A DNA stretch of 32,000 nucleotides from Moraxella nasicaprae (lineage in GTDB: Bacteria; Pseudomonadota; Gammaproteobacteria; Pseudomonadales; Moraxellaceae), in assembly GCF_025643275.1 (NCBI RefSeq), contig NZ_CP089977.1, forward strand, positions 150,001 to 182,000, given 5' to 3'. Under the pieces are notes generated by a model, which ran no database searches, had not been told where the DNA came from, and was given only the letters and a program-made list of their open reading frames with translations. The position numbers were made by a program, and so were the translations under genes. Below, in pieces: positions 20,401 through 26,962 of the stretch. Positions within the stretch are counted from its first letter, which is position 1, and each line of letters begins with the position of its first letter.

Positions 20401-23400
20401 CCACCGCATAATCTGTTACGCCATTAGTCTCCGCACCTTTGCTTACCGTAACTGGCGAGCCTTGAACGGCAGAGACAGTCGTGTCTTTGGCATCAATGGT
20501 GTAAGTAATGCCATCAGCGGTTTTTACTTCATTGACTGAATTGACATTTTGACCTGCTTTTAGTGTGACCGATTGGGCTTTTAGCTGGGCAAGATTGACT
20601 GCTTCATCATTGGTGGTGGCATTGGCAACACCTTTGATGGTTTGATTGCCTGCGTTGATGCCTGTGTCTTTATCAATGCTTGCTGTACCAACGGTTACTG
20701 TGTCAAAGTTCACTTGCTTAGCCGTAGCAACTTTAATACTACCACTGTCATTGCTGATGACAATGTTATCGCCATCAATGAAGTTTTGGGTGTTGTTGGT
20801 TTGGTTTAGGGTTTTGACTTCTTGACCATTGACAGAAGTTTTGATTTCTTGAACGGCAGTATTAGCTTTAGTTAAGTTGGCTTGGGCATTGTCGTCCAAT
20901 GTTACATTGTAGCCAGTCGCTGTTTTGCTGGCGGTAATGCCGTTTGTGCCTGTAACTTCTTGAACGGCTGTATCGGCTTTTTTCAAGCTCGCCTTCGTCT
21001 CATCGCCTAAATCCAAGGCAAAATCAGTAATGCCGTTGCTTGGTGTGCCAGCCGTTACTTTTAACGCTTTATCATTAGCGGTGCTGACTGTTGCCGAAGT
21101 ATCTTTGGCATTGATGGTATAAGTGGTGCCGTTGTCGGTTACTTGGGCATCAACCGAGGTGATGTTTGCACCGCCCACCACGCTGACTTTGGTGGCGTTA
21201 AGCTGTGATAGATTGACCGCTTGATCGCCCTGGGTGGCATTTTTCACACCTGTAATCACTTTATCACCAGCGTTGATACCGTTTTCTTGGCTGATTTTTA
21301 CCGTGCCGACAGTAACATTATCCACCACGATATTCGGTTCTAGGGCAATCTCGATGCCAGTATCTGCTGTCGCTGTTGTGATGATGTTGCTACCGCCCGT
21401 GAAAGTGATATTACTACCCGCTGGCATGAGACCTGTCGTTGTACTGCTATCGCCGTCAAAAGCATACATGCCTTGGCTGAACGCATCCAAAGCCTCTTGA
21501 CCTTTGGCAATCTCATCTCGAATGGCTTTGGTCAAGCCCACTTGATAATCGGTGGTTTTGCCATTGACGGTGGTTTTGACGATTTCAATGCCGTTCGTAC
21601 CGCTGGTTGAGGCGGTGGTGTCGGCAACTGCTGCCAAGCGTTTCACATCATCAATGTTCGCAGCATTGGTGCCTGTATCGCCACCGCTGGCTACATTCGT
21701 GATGACATTGTTACCCATATTGACGGTTTGACCGCCAGCAACAGTTAAACCGCCATTGGCATTTAGCATGCCACCAATGGTTGCTGTGCCTGTGGTGGTT
21801 AAGGTGTTGGTTTTAACATCAGTAAAGCTGACATTTTGTTTGGTGGCGACTTTGATTGCACCGTTTTCATTGGTCAGCTCAATGTTGTCGCCTGTGATGA
21901 AGTTTTGTTCATTGGCAGTTTTATTTAGAGTATTGACCGCTTGTCCATTGACTTTATTAACAATGGTTTGTACCGCTGTGTCAGCTTTGGTTAAGTTGGC
22001 TTTGGTGGCATTATCCAAATCAACCGTAACAATGTTGTCATTGCCTTTGGTTGCGGTGATACCGCCTTGACCTTTGACATCTTGTACGGCGGTATTGGCT
22101 TTGGTTAGATTGGCTTTGGTGTTATCGTCCAAGCCAACGGTTACGGTATCGTCCTGTTTGGTTGCGGTGATGCCGTCTTTGCCGTTCACATTTTGTAAGG
22201 CGGTGTCGGCTTTGGCTAGGCTTGTTTTAGCTTGCGTGGTTAAGTCCACAACAAAATCCGTTACGCCATTAGCCTCTATGCCTTTGGTTACGGTAACTGG
22301 CGAGCCTGTCGCATTAGAGACGCTTGCCGAGGTGTCTTTGGCGTTAATGGTGTAAGTTGTGCCGTTTGGCGTGGCATTCTTGGTGATAGAACTGATATTC
22401 GCCCCTTGGACGATATCCACTTTGCTGGCGTTGAGCTGTGATAGATTGACCGCGTCTGTGCCAGCGGTGGCATTGGCTACGCCCTGAATGCGTTTATTGC
22501 CAGCGTTGATGCCACTATCTTTGTCAATAACGACATTGCCAAAAGTCGCCTTATCCAAATTCAGCGTTCGATTGAGTGCAATCGACACGCCATTACCGCT
22601 GCCTGTCGTCTGAATATTGCTATCCGCTCCCTTGATGTCCACCGCATCGCCCAATTTACGGACATTGCTCGTGCCGGTATTGCCAGCAAAAGTCAAACCC
22701 GTATTATCCACTGCATTTTTGGCGGCAACACCCTGTGCGATTTGATTTTTTGTCGCATCGCTTAGTCCCACCTGATAAGTGGTCGTATCCGACCCATTGT
22801 CCACCGTTGGTGTTACGGTCAAATCACTTGTTGTGGTTACAATGCTTTTTTCTGCATTGATGGTAATGGTATTGCCACTTTTTTCAATCTGCACATTATT
22901 ACCATCGACAAAGTTGACCACATCGCCCGGCTTGACAATCGAACCTTCTAGCCCATTGGCTTGTAGATTAAAGCCAGAATTTTTAATGGCATCAACCACC
23001 GTCTGAGCAGTCGTCAAACCTACCGTGCCTGTCGTGCTTGGCACGCCATTACGCACATTGATATTTTGGGTATTAACATTGATTTGCACATCGCCAGCGG
23101 CTGACACAGTAGCGGTGGTGTGCGTACCGTTATTGAAATTTAGGCTGTCGTCTTTGTTGATCTCTTTGACTTGCGTGTTGTTATTTTTTAGATTAAAACC
23201 GCTATTATTGATACTTTGGTTGATATTTTGGACATGATTATTGATGATGGTCTGCACGCCTTTGGTGATGTCGTACAGCTGAGCACCATTGATAGCATCT
23301 GTCGAAGTAGCAGTGATTTGACCGGGTGCGACATTTTGGATTTGGCGTTTGACTGTTTCATTACCGACCGAAACGACATTACTGACATCAAAGTTGCTCT

Positions 23401-24235
23401 TTGTGGTTGAGTCATAGGTTTGTCCATTAATATTATACTGCTGACCTGCCGCCGTTACCTCCACACCTTGACTGGTAACGGAACCTGCACCCAACGCCAC
23501 CGAACCTGCCAGTTCTGCCCTTGCACCAGAACCGACCGCCAGCGTATTTGAACCTGCCGAACGAGCCGCCAGACCGAATGCAGTTGAGCCAGAACCAGTT
23601 GCAAAAGATAGCGTCCCAACCGCAGTCGAACCTTCCACGCTGGCGGTTGAGCCTAGACCGACAGCTGTCGCTCCCTTACCATTAGATATCGCAAAAGTAC
23701 CAATACCAACCGCCCCTTGACCATAGACCGTCAATGATCGATAACCAGCACTATTAAAATTGCCAGACTCAGTAGCGGCGTCTTGAAAGTTAATGCCTGC
23801 AATCATACCCAGTCCACGAGCACTGCCTGCATCATCACCACCGATGGCAACAGCACCTCGTCCTTGCACATTGATGTTATTACCAATCGCCACCAGTTGA
23901 TGCTGGTTGGCATCACCAGATTCAGCAACAATACCACCTGTCTTAATCTCAGAGCCAATCAATACTCGCTGCGAGCTTGTCCCATTATCCGAAATCTCAA
24001 TCGCCCCAGGGTTGGTGCTAGGTCGGCTTAGCGTGCCATTATTGAGAACCGTTGCCCCATAGACCGTATGACTCATGGATAATGACGCAAGAATGCTTAG
24101 CGATAGCACGGTTCTTTGTATAGAAGTACGCCCTGTTCTTTCTGATTTAATTTTGGTGCGTCCTTTTGCCAGTTCCGATACTGCTGTCCAAGTTTGCGTG
24201 GCGTGGTTGTAGATAACACGGTAGATTTTGTTCAT
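14450..24235 (-). CDS. Giant trimeric autotransporter adhesin (type Vc secretion), 3261 aa
   Basis: N-terminal extended signal peptide MNKIYRVIYNHATQTWTAVSELAKG. A YadA-like head with G-x-x-[AS]-x-A-x-G repeats. A neck (VVSVGNETVKRQIQNVAPG...DAINGAQL). About a dozen (D/E)AVN(L/V)(S/A)QL connector motifs. Trp-ring-like modules (NAGWTVKANGDDGQKV...). C-terminal YadA-type anchor ending GGAAFGVKFR. Confidence 0.95.
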   Translation of the reverse strand: MNKIYRVIYNHATQTWTAVSELAKGRTKIKSERTGRTSIQRTVLSLSILASLSMSHTVYGATVLNNGTLSRPSTNPGAIEISDNGTSSQRVLIGSEIKTGGIVAESGDANQHQLVAIGNNINVQGRGAVAIGGDDAGSARGLGMIAGINFQDAATESGNFNSAGYRSLTVYGQGAVGIGTFAISNGKGATAVGLGSTASVEGSTAVGTLSFATGSGSTAFGLAARSAGSNTLAVGSGARAELAGSVALGAGSVTSQGVEVTAAGQQYNINGQTYDSTTKSNFDVSNVVSVGNETVKRQIQNVAPGQITATSTDAINGAQLYDITKGVQTIINNHVQNINQSINNSGFNLKNNNTQVKEINKDDSLNFNNGTHTTATVSAAGDVQINVNTQNINVRNGVPSTTGTVGLTTAQTVVDAIKNSGFNLQANGLEGSIVKPGDVVNFVDGNNVQIEKSGNTITINAEKSIVTTTSDLTVTPTVDNGSDTTTYQVGLSDATKNQIAQGVAAKNAVDNTGLTFAGNTGTSNVRKLGDAVDIKGADSNIQTTGSGNGVSIALNRTLNLDKATFGNVVIDKDSGINAGNKRIQGVANATAGTDAVNLSQLNASKVDIVQGANISSITKNATPNGTTYTINAKDTSASVSNATGSPVTVTKGIEANGVTDFVVDLTTQAKTSLAKADTALQNVNGKDGITATKQDDTVTVGLDDNTKANLTKANTAVQDVKGQGGITATKGNDNIVTVDLDNATKANLTKADTAVQTIVNKVNGQAVNTLNKTANEQNFITGDNIELTNENGAIKVATKQNVSFTDVKTNTLTTTGTATIGGMLNANGGLTVAGGQTVNMGNNVITNVASGGDTGTNAANIDDVKRLAAVADTTASTSGTNGIEIVKTTVNGKTTDYQVGLTKAIRDEIAKGQEALDAFSQGMYAFDGDSSTTTGLMPAGSNITFTGGSNIITTATADTGIEIALEPNIVVDNVTVGTVKISQENGINAGDKVITGVKNATQGDQAVNLSQLNATKVSVVGGANITSVDAQVTDNGTTYTINAKDTSATVSTANDKALKVTAGTPSNGITDFALDLGDETKASLKKADTAVQEVTGTNGITASKTATGYNVTLDDNAQANLTKANTAVQEIKTSVNGQEVKTLNQTNNTQNFIDGDNIVISNDSGSIKVATAKQVNFDTVTVGTASIDKDTGINAGNQTIKGVANATTNDEAVNLAQLKAQSVTLKAGQNVNSVNEVKTADGITYTIDAKDTTVSAVQGSPVTVSKGAETNGVTDYAVDLTEQAKASLAKADSAVQEIQTQIDGKAVKTLNQTNNTQNFITGDNIELTNENGAIKVATKQNVSFTDVKTNTLTTTGTATIGGMLNANGGLTVAGGQTVNMGNNVITNVASGGDTGTNAANIDDVKRLAAVADTTASTSGTNGIEIVKTTVNGKTTDYQVGLTQATRDDIAKGVQANTDINTKGLTFTGDTGSTNTKKLGDTLAITGDDNIITTASEQGVAISLNRNLTADSLSIGNVLINNAGINAGNQTIKGVANATTNDEAVNLSQLKANTTNIVAGSNITSINKTQTADGTTYTINAKDTSATVSTASNALTVKAGEQANGVTDYVIDLSDETKASLTKANTGVQTVNGKDGITTTKQGDTVTVGLDEASKASLAKADTAVQVVNGNNGITATKTDNGYDVELDETTKANLTKANTAIQEIKTSVNGQEVKTLNQTDNTQNFIDGDNISITNDNGNIKVATKQNVSFTDVKTDTLSTTGDVSVGGKLAANGGLEVASGQVVSLGNNRVQGVADGVADGDAVNVGQLNNTKTQLTNLGLDFTGNTGQAHRNLGDQLAITGEAITAGNYSGANIKTIATDAGIAIEFAENPVFKDITATSIQTGDNLLNAQGLTIGKTSITNDAGINAGNQTIKGVTNATSDNEAVNLSQLKANTTTVVAGENINSIEKIADADGITYTINAKDTTVSATSTHLVVNKGEENKGITDYAIDLSQETKDSLNKADNSLQEIETQLDGQSVKTLNKNDNIANFVTGDNMQLTAENGAIKVATKKEVSFDKVDTTTLSAKDASIKNVQADDIVSVNLSARTATINNLTSMQIATGDIKAATGNITTLTANTINANTIRAKSGDFITLSADNAQFDTLQVNQKANIGGMLNANGGLTVATGQTVNMGGNRIQGVANATNATDAVNLSQLNATKVSVVGGANITSVDAQVTDNGTTYTINAKDTSATVSTANDKALKVTAGTPSNGITDFALDLGDETKASLKKADTAVQEVTGTNGITASKTATGYNVTLDDNAQANLTKANTAVQEIKTSVNGQEVKTLNQTNNTQNFIDGDNIVISNDSGSIKVATAKQVNFDTVTVGTASIDKDTGINAGNQTIKGVANATTNDEAVNLAQLKAQSVTLKAGQNVNSVNEVKTADGITYTIDAKDTTVSAVQGSPVTVSKGAETNGVTDYAVDLTEQAKASLAKADSAVQEIQTQIDGKAVKTLNQTNNTQNFITGDNIELTNENGAIKVATKQNVSFTDVKTNTLTTTGTATIGGMLNANGGLTVAGGQTVNMGNNVITNVASGGDTGTNAANIDDVKRLAAVADTTASTSGTNGIEIVKTTVNGKTTDYQVGLTQATRDDIAKGVQANTDINTKGLTFTGDTGSTNTKKLGDTLAITGDDNIITTASEQGVAISLNRNLTADSLSIGNVLINNAGINAGNQTIKGVANATTNDEAVNLSQLKANTTNIVAGSNITSINKTQTADGTTYTINAKDTSATVSTASNALTVKAGEQANGVTDYVIDLSDETKASLTKANTGVQTVNGKDGITTTKQGDTVTVGLDEASKASLAKADTAVQVVNGNNGITATKTDNGYDVELDETTKANLTKANTAIQEIKTSVNGQEVKTLNQTDNTQNFIDGDNISITNDNGNIKVATKQNVSFTDVKTDTLSTTGDVSVGGKLAANGGLEVASGQVVSLGNNRVQGVADGVADGDAVNVAQLNNATKALNDNLNTAVSNAGWTVKANGDDGQKVANNGKVNFVQGNNIIIERSGTDITVKTTDNPDFKQVTAQSVEATTVNATTVTATTLNATTVNTDAINAKSVQADTIKTTGDVSVGGQLNATGAIHANGGITVAAGQPINMGNNVVNGVAPAEISASSTQAVNGAQIYELQQGINRSITSINERLYDVEQSAYAGTASAIATGLLPQAFNPGESLGGVAIGTYKGTSAVSVGYSQISDNGKYIFKFAGGATSTGDYSGGAAFGVKFR
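14453..14776 (-). other. C-terminal coiled coil and YadA-type beta-barrel membrane anchor (last 108 aa)
   Basis: QAVNGAQIYELQQGINRSITSINERLYDVEQSAYAGTASAIATGLLPQ...GVAIGTYKGTSAVSVGYSQISDNGKYIFKFAGGATSTGDYSGGAAFGVKFR, with four amphipathic beta strands and a terminal aromatic-x motif. Confidence 0.85.
15265..17668. repeat. Intragenic direct repeat, copy B (2404 bp; adhesin aa 2190-2990)
   Basis: Appears letter-identical to 18817-21220. Three pairs of antisense track ORFs are identical and each pair is offset by exactly 3552 nt. The adhesin translation is identical across the block. Confidence 0.9.
18817..21220. repeat. Intragenic direct repeat, copy A (2404 bp; adhesin aa 1006-1806)
   Basis: Same evidence as copy B. 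Identity breaks at 18816 vs 15264 (c/g) and at 21221 vs 17669 (t/a). Confidence 0.9.
21555..21907. repeat. Third copy (353 bp) of a stalk module that also occurs at 19935-20287 and 16383-16735
   Basis: The sequence lines match base for base, offset 1620 nt from copy A. Antisense ORF 21756-22070 shares its first 50 aa with the ORFs at 20136 and 16584. Confidence 0.85.
23456..23968 (-). other. YadA-like head beta-roll repeats (aa about 90-260)
   Basis: Repeats such as GAVAIGGDDAGSARG and GATAVGLGSTASVEGSTAVGTLSFATGSGSTAFGLAARSAGSNTLAVGSGARAELAGSVALGAGS. Confidence 0.7.
24056..24235 (-). other. Extended signal peptide region (ESPR) plus signal peptide of the adhesin (aa 1-60)
   Basis: MNKIYRVIYNH...ELAKG, then the hydrophobic core LSLSILASLSMSHTVYG. 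Confidence 0.8.
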
Positions 24236-24298
24236 CTTAGACTGACCTTTGGTGGTTGGATTGCTGGTTTAACTTTGTTACAAAAATATTGTTATTGT

Positions 24299-24307
24299 AG
24301 TATATCA
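24299..24307 (-). promoter_or_regulatory. Candidate extended -10 element for the adhesin gene
   Basis: The minus strand reads tgatatact (TG-n-TATACT), about 60 nt upstream of the ATG at 24235. The -35 is weak. Confidence 0.3.
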
Positions 24308-24425
24308 TCATTTGCAATACAAGCATATCAAATATGTTTAATATATAAGCAAAAGTTTCCAATCTTATACAAATCTAGAAATTCAAGAAAATCATGGCAA
24401 AGCTCACCCCTCTACACCGTCTATT

Positions 24426-24680
24426 CTAATCTAACATGGGTAGTGATTTTGATGTAAACTTGTGATGATGTCTTTTTTCTTGCTGATTTTTTGGCTTTGT
24501 TTTCTTTAAAAATAACCCAACCTGATGGGCAATCTGTAAGATTGATACCCTTGCTGTATCGTCTATGATGCCATTTGTGTTAGGGGTGTACAAGACGGAG
24601 GTGATGCCATCGAAGAGTCTTGGTTTTTGTTCAATCTTTTGGGCTTTGCCCTCAAACGCTTTGGCAATAGCATTAGCAAG
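24426..24680 (-). pseudogene. Orphan 3' fragment of an unidentified gene (84 codons, no start codon)
   Basis: The minus strand reads LANAIAKAFEGKAQKIEQKPRLFDGITSVLYTPNTNGIIDDTARVSILQIAHQVGLFLKKTKPKNQQEKRHHHKFTSKSLPMLD*. G+C is normal and the composition is protein-like. There is no Met before residue 81. It begins exactly where the AT-rich islet ends. Confidence 0.4.
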
Positions 24681-24968
24681 CTAAACCTTAAATAAAAAAT
24701 AAAAAATACTGCCTAGATATACTATAACCATTAGAAAAAACCAATAAAATCTTGATAGCTTGCTATCATTTGATTTTAGCTTATTTCCAAATGACCAAAA
24801 ATCCCTACCATTAACATAGTCATAAACATCCACAAAAACCATCAAAGAAATAAATAAAAACATAAAAAATTCATAAATATCAAAATAATATTTTCTATCT
24901 AACTCAATTGATACAGCCATGCTTATCAAAAAAGGTGCGATAACAAGCATTTTATTTTTGACACTCAT
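24681..24968 (-). CDS. Hypothetical small membrane protein, 95 aa, three predicted TM helices
   Basis: ATG at 24968 with gaggaaaag upstream. Hydrophobic segments MLVIAPFLISMAVSI, IYEFFMFLFISLMVFVDVY and FYWFFLMVIVYLGSIFYFLF. The DNA is very AT-rich. The track extends the ORF to a TTG at 25106. Confidence 0.45.
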   Translation of the reverse strand: MSVKNKMLVIAPFLISMAVSIELDRKYYFDIYEFFMFLFISLMVFVDVYDYVNGRDFWSFGNKLKSNDSKLSRFYWFFLMVIVYLGSIFYFLFKV

Positions 24969-25370
24969 GTTTCTCTTTTCCTCTAAGATTGTGAGATGAA
25001 CAGCTATTTGTGAACTTATTTTTAATTTTTTTTGAAAGTAATTTAAAAATATAACATTGCACCATATACATGAAAAGCCAAACAAATCATGATTGCACCA
25101 TACCAAAGTAGAGAAAATTTTATATAAATTTGCTATTGATTATATCATTTCTTAGCAATAAAAAATTGCTGGTATAAACCAAAGCATAATAAATGACACT
25201 CCATAAAAAGCATCTTGTATATTTCTAAATCTGGTTGCATAAGCAAAGAAAGAGACTTTATCATCAAATAAACAAAAAATAAAAAAAATACTAGAAAATA
25301 TACCGATATATGAAAGTAGATTAAGTTATATTTAATTGCCTGACTTTATCTATTTTTTCAAAAAATAATT

Positions 25371-25469
25371 TTAAATATACAAAAAAAATCCAACGATGCC
25401 AAAACTTATCATATAGTAAAAATTAATAATTAGCAAAAGTAGAGCAATTGCATTTATCATTTTTGACAT
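25371..25469 (-). CDS. Possible 32-aa hydrophobic peptide (MSKMINAIALLLLIINFYYMISFGIVGFFLYI)
   Basis: Hand translation. It ends just after a T8 run. It could equally be a fragment of a decayed membrane-protein gene. Confidence 0.15.
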   Translation of the reverse strand: MSKMINAIALLLLIINFYYMISFGIVGFFLYI

Positions 25470-25508
25470 TTTTTGTACTTTTATTCTCGGCGATTTCTTG
25501 TAAATATA

Positions 25509-25625
25509 TTAAAATTCCAACCAACCATTTTCATCACACCCCTCCCAATCTTCCTTTGGCATAGACATCTTGTCATCTGATACCATTTCTTGATTGACTG
25601 CTTCATCTTTGGCATCTGACATCAT
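25509..25625 (-). CDS. Possible 38-aa acidic peptide (MMSDAKDEAVNQEMVSDDKMSMPKEDWEGCDENGWLEF)
   Basis: Hand translation. A ggtgg lies 4-7 nt upstream of tandem ATGs. It sits directly downstream of the thiolase terminator. Confidence 0.2.
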   Translation of the reverse strand: MMSDAKDEAVNQEMVSDDKMSMPKEDWEGCDENGWLEF

Positions 25626-25654
25626 ATTGCCACCACAAACCAATCAGAAACAAT

Positions 25655-25688
25655 AAACCCCAATTTGACAGTATTCAAATTGGGGTTT
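25655..25688. terminator. Strong hairpin terminator downstream of the thiolase gene, bidirectional in form
   Basis: A perfect 14-bp stem, aaaccccaatttga (25655-25668) with tcaaattggggttt (25675-25688), and a 6-nt loop. A T-run follows on the plus strand. tttattgttt follows on the minus strand. Confidence 0.8.
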
Positions 25689-25696
25689 TTTGTTGA

Positions 25697-26881
25697 TTAT
25701 ACTCGCTCTACCGCCATCGCAAGTCCCATTCCACCACCAACGCAAAGCGTGGCAATGCCTTTTTGTTTACCACTTGCGATAAGCTCATGGATTAGCGTTA
25801 CCAAAATGCGGCAGCCAGAGGCACCAATGGGGTGTCCTAAGGCAATCGCACCGCCATTGACATTGACCTTGTTGTCATCAAGTCCAAGCTCTTTGGCAAC
25901 ACCCAATGCCTGTGCAGCAAAGGCTTCATTCGCCTCAATCAAATCCACCTCATCTAGCGACCAGCCTGCCTTATCCAGCACCTTCTCTACCGCCCCCACA
26001 GGTCCAAGCCCCATCACAGCAGGGTCAATGCCAAAGACGCTATACGCCACCACCTTGACAAGTGGGGTCAGTCCAAGCTCTTTGGCAGTCTCACCACTCA
26101 TTAGCATCACCGCCGCCGCTCCGTCATTTAGCCCCGAGGCATTGCCAGCGGTTACCGTGCCATCTTTTTTAAAGGCAGGTTTAAGTTTGGCAAGTGCCTC
26201 GCTTGTGGTATTTGGCTTAATATATTCATCTTTGTCCACCAAAACAGGCTCGCCCTTTCGCTGCGGCACGGCAACTGGTGTGATTTGGCTGGTAAATTTA
26301 CCGCCATTTTGGGCATTGGTTGCCTTGATTTGTGAATTTAGGGCAAATTCATCTTGACTGGTGCGGTCAATCCCCAATTTTTCAGCGACATTTTCGGCAG
26401 TAATACCCATATGATAGCCATTATAAACATCGGTCAAGCCGTCTGCCACCATTGAATCGGTCAAAGCGGTATTGCCCATTTTTTGACCATCTCGGATATG
26501 GATAAAATGAGGGCTTTGCGACATTGATTCTTGACCGCCTGCAATGACAATCTTGGCGTCCCCTGCTTTGATGGCTTGCACGCCCATTTGCACCGCTTTT
26601 AATCCAGAACCACACACGACATTGACGGTGGTGGCAGGGGTTTTGTGGGGTAATCCTGCAAAGATGGCGGCTTGACGAGCGGGGTTTTGCCCCACGCCTG
26701 TGGTTAGCACATTACCCATAATCACTTCACTGATCGCATCGGCAGCAATGCCTGTATCGCTCAATAATCGCTCAATCACTGCCGCCCCAAGTTTGGGGGC
26801 GGATACGCTTGCCAATGACCCCAAAAACGAGCCAATAGGCGTGCGAGTGGCAGATACAATCACAATATCATTCATCATCAA
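25697..26881 (-). CDS. atoB: Acetyl-CoA C-acetyltransferase (thiolase II)
   Basis: [15 protein letters not shown], active-site [27 protein letters not shown] and [13 protein letters not shown]. Three tandem ATGs follow aaggaag, so the exact start (26881, 26878 or 26875) is ambiguous. Confidence 0.93.
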   Translation of the reverse strand: MMMNDIVIVSATRTPIGSFLGSLASVSAPKLGAAVIERLLSDTGIAADAISEVIMGNVLTTGVGQNPARQAAIFAGLPHKTPATTVNVVCGSGLKAVQMGVQAIKAGDAKIVIAGGQESMSQSPHFIHIRDGQKMGNTALTDSMVADGLTDVYNGYHMGITAENVAEKLGIDRTSQDEFALNSQIKATNAQNGGKFTSQITPVAVPQRKGEPVLVDKDEYIKPNTTSEALAKLKPAFKKDGTVTAGNASGLNDGAAAVMLMSGETAKELGLTPLVKVVAYSVFGIDPAVMGLGPVGAVEKVLDKAGWSLDEVDLIEANEAFAAQALGVAKELGLDDNKVNVNGGAIALGHPIGASGCRILVTLIHELIASGKQKGIATLCVGGGMGLAMAVERV

Positions 26882-26922
26882 TCTTCCTTAGTTAAGTCTA
26901 TCCAATCATATTATCAATTACT

Positions 26923-26953
26923 AAACACCGCTCAGGCTTGCTAAACGGTGTTT
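26923..26953. terminator. Hairpin between the S9 peptidase and the thiolase; possible weak terminator
   Basis: Stem aaacaccg (26923-26930) with cggtgttt (26946-26953). The T-run is on the plus strand. Only tttagtaatt follows on the coding (minus) strand. Confidence 0.3.
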
Positions 26954-26962
26954 TTATCATCA

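Noticed and set aside
15265-21907. Regularly spaced repeats that could superficially suggest a CRISPR array, or the template/variable repeat pair of a diversity-generating retroelement.
   Set aside because: The repeats are kilobase-scale and lie inside one continuous reading frame. The copies are identical rather than differing at adenines. No reverse transcriptase or cas gene is present in the window.
14738-24031. Many plus-strand ORFs of 60-170 aa inside the adhesin gene (for example 15645-15863, 16065-16376, 17877-18185, 21234-21500, 22074-22355), several of them hydrophobic and duplicated.
   Set aside because: They are antisense shadows of a long open, repetitive Thr/Ala/Val/Asn/Gly-rich coding frame. 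They lack RBSs, and their duplication simply mirrors the intragenic repeat.
24056-24425. Searched the adhesin 5' coding end and upstream region for homopolymer or tetranucleotide tracts of the kind that phase-vary Moraxella/Neisseria surface proteins.
   Set aside because: No run longer than about 6 nt and no tandem short repeat is visible. Variation, if any, would come from the large repeats, not slipped-strand SSRs.
24194-24457. An 87-aa plus-strand ORF that spans the adhesin start codon and its upstream region.
   Set aside because: It overlaps the adhesin 5' end in antisense and runs through the putative promoter. It has no RBS and a low-complexity sequence.
24969-25106. The track's longer version (141 aa, TTG start) of the small membrane ORF.
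   Set aside because: The added N-terminus (VWCNHDLFGFSCIWCNVIFLNYFQKK...) looks like translated AT-rich spacer. The internal ATG at 24968 has a clear gaggaaaag RBS. The longer form cannot be excluded.
25665-26357. A 230-aa plus-strand ORF and other antisense ORFs within the thiolase, pckG, putA, gpmI, ctpA, S9 peptidase and scoAB genes.
   Set aside because: Each lies opposite or out of frame to a confidently identified conserved enzyme gene. Their compositions are biased (Ser/Pro/Ala-rich) and they have no RBS.
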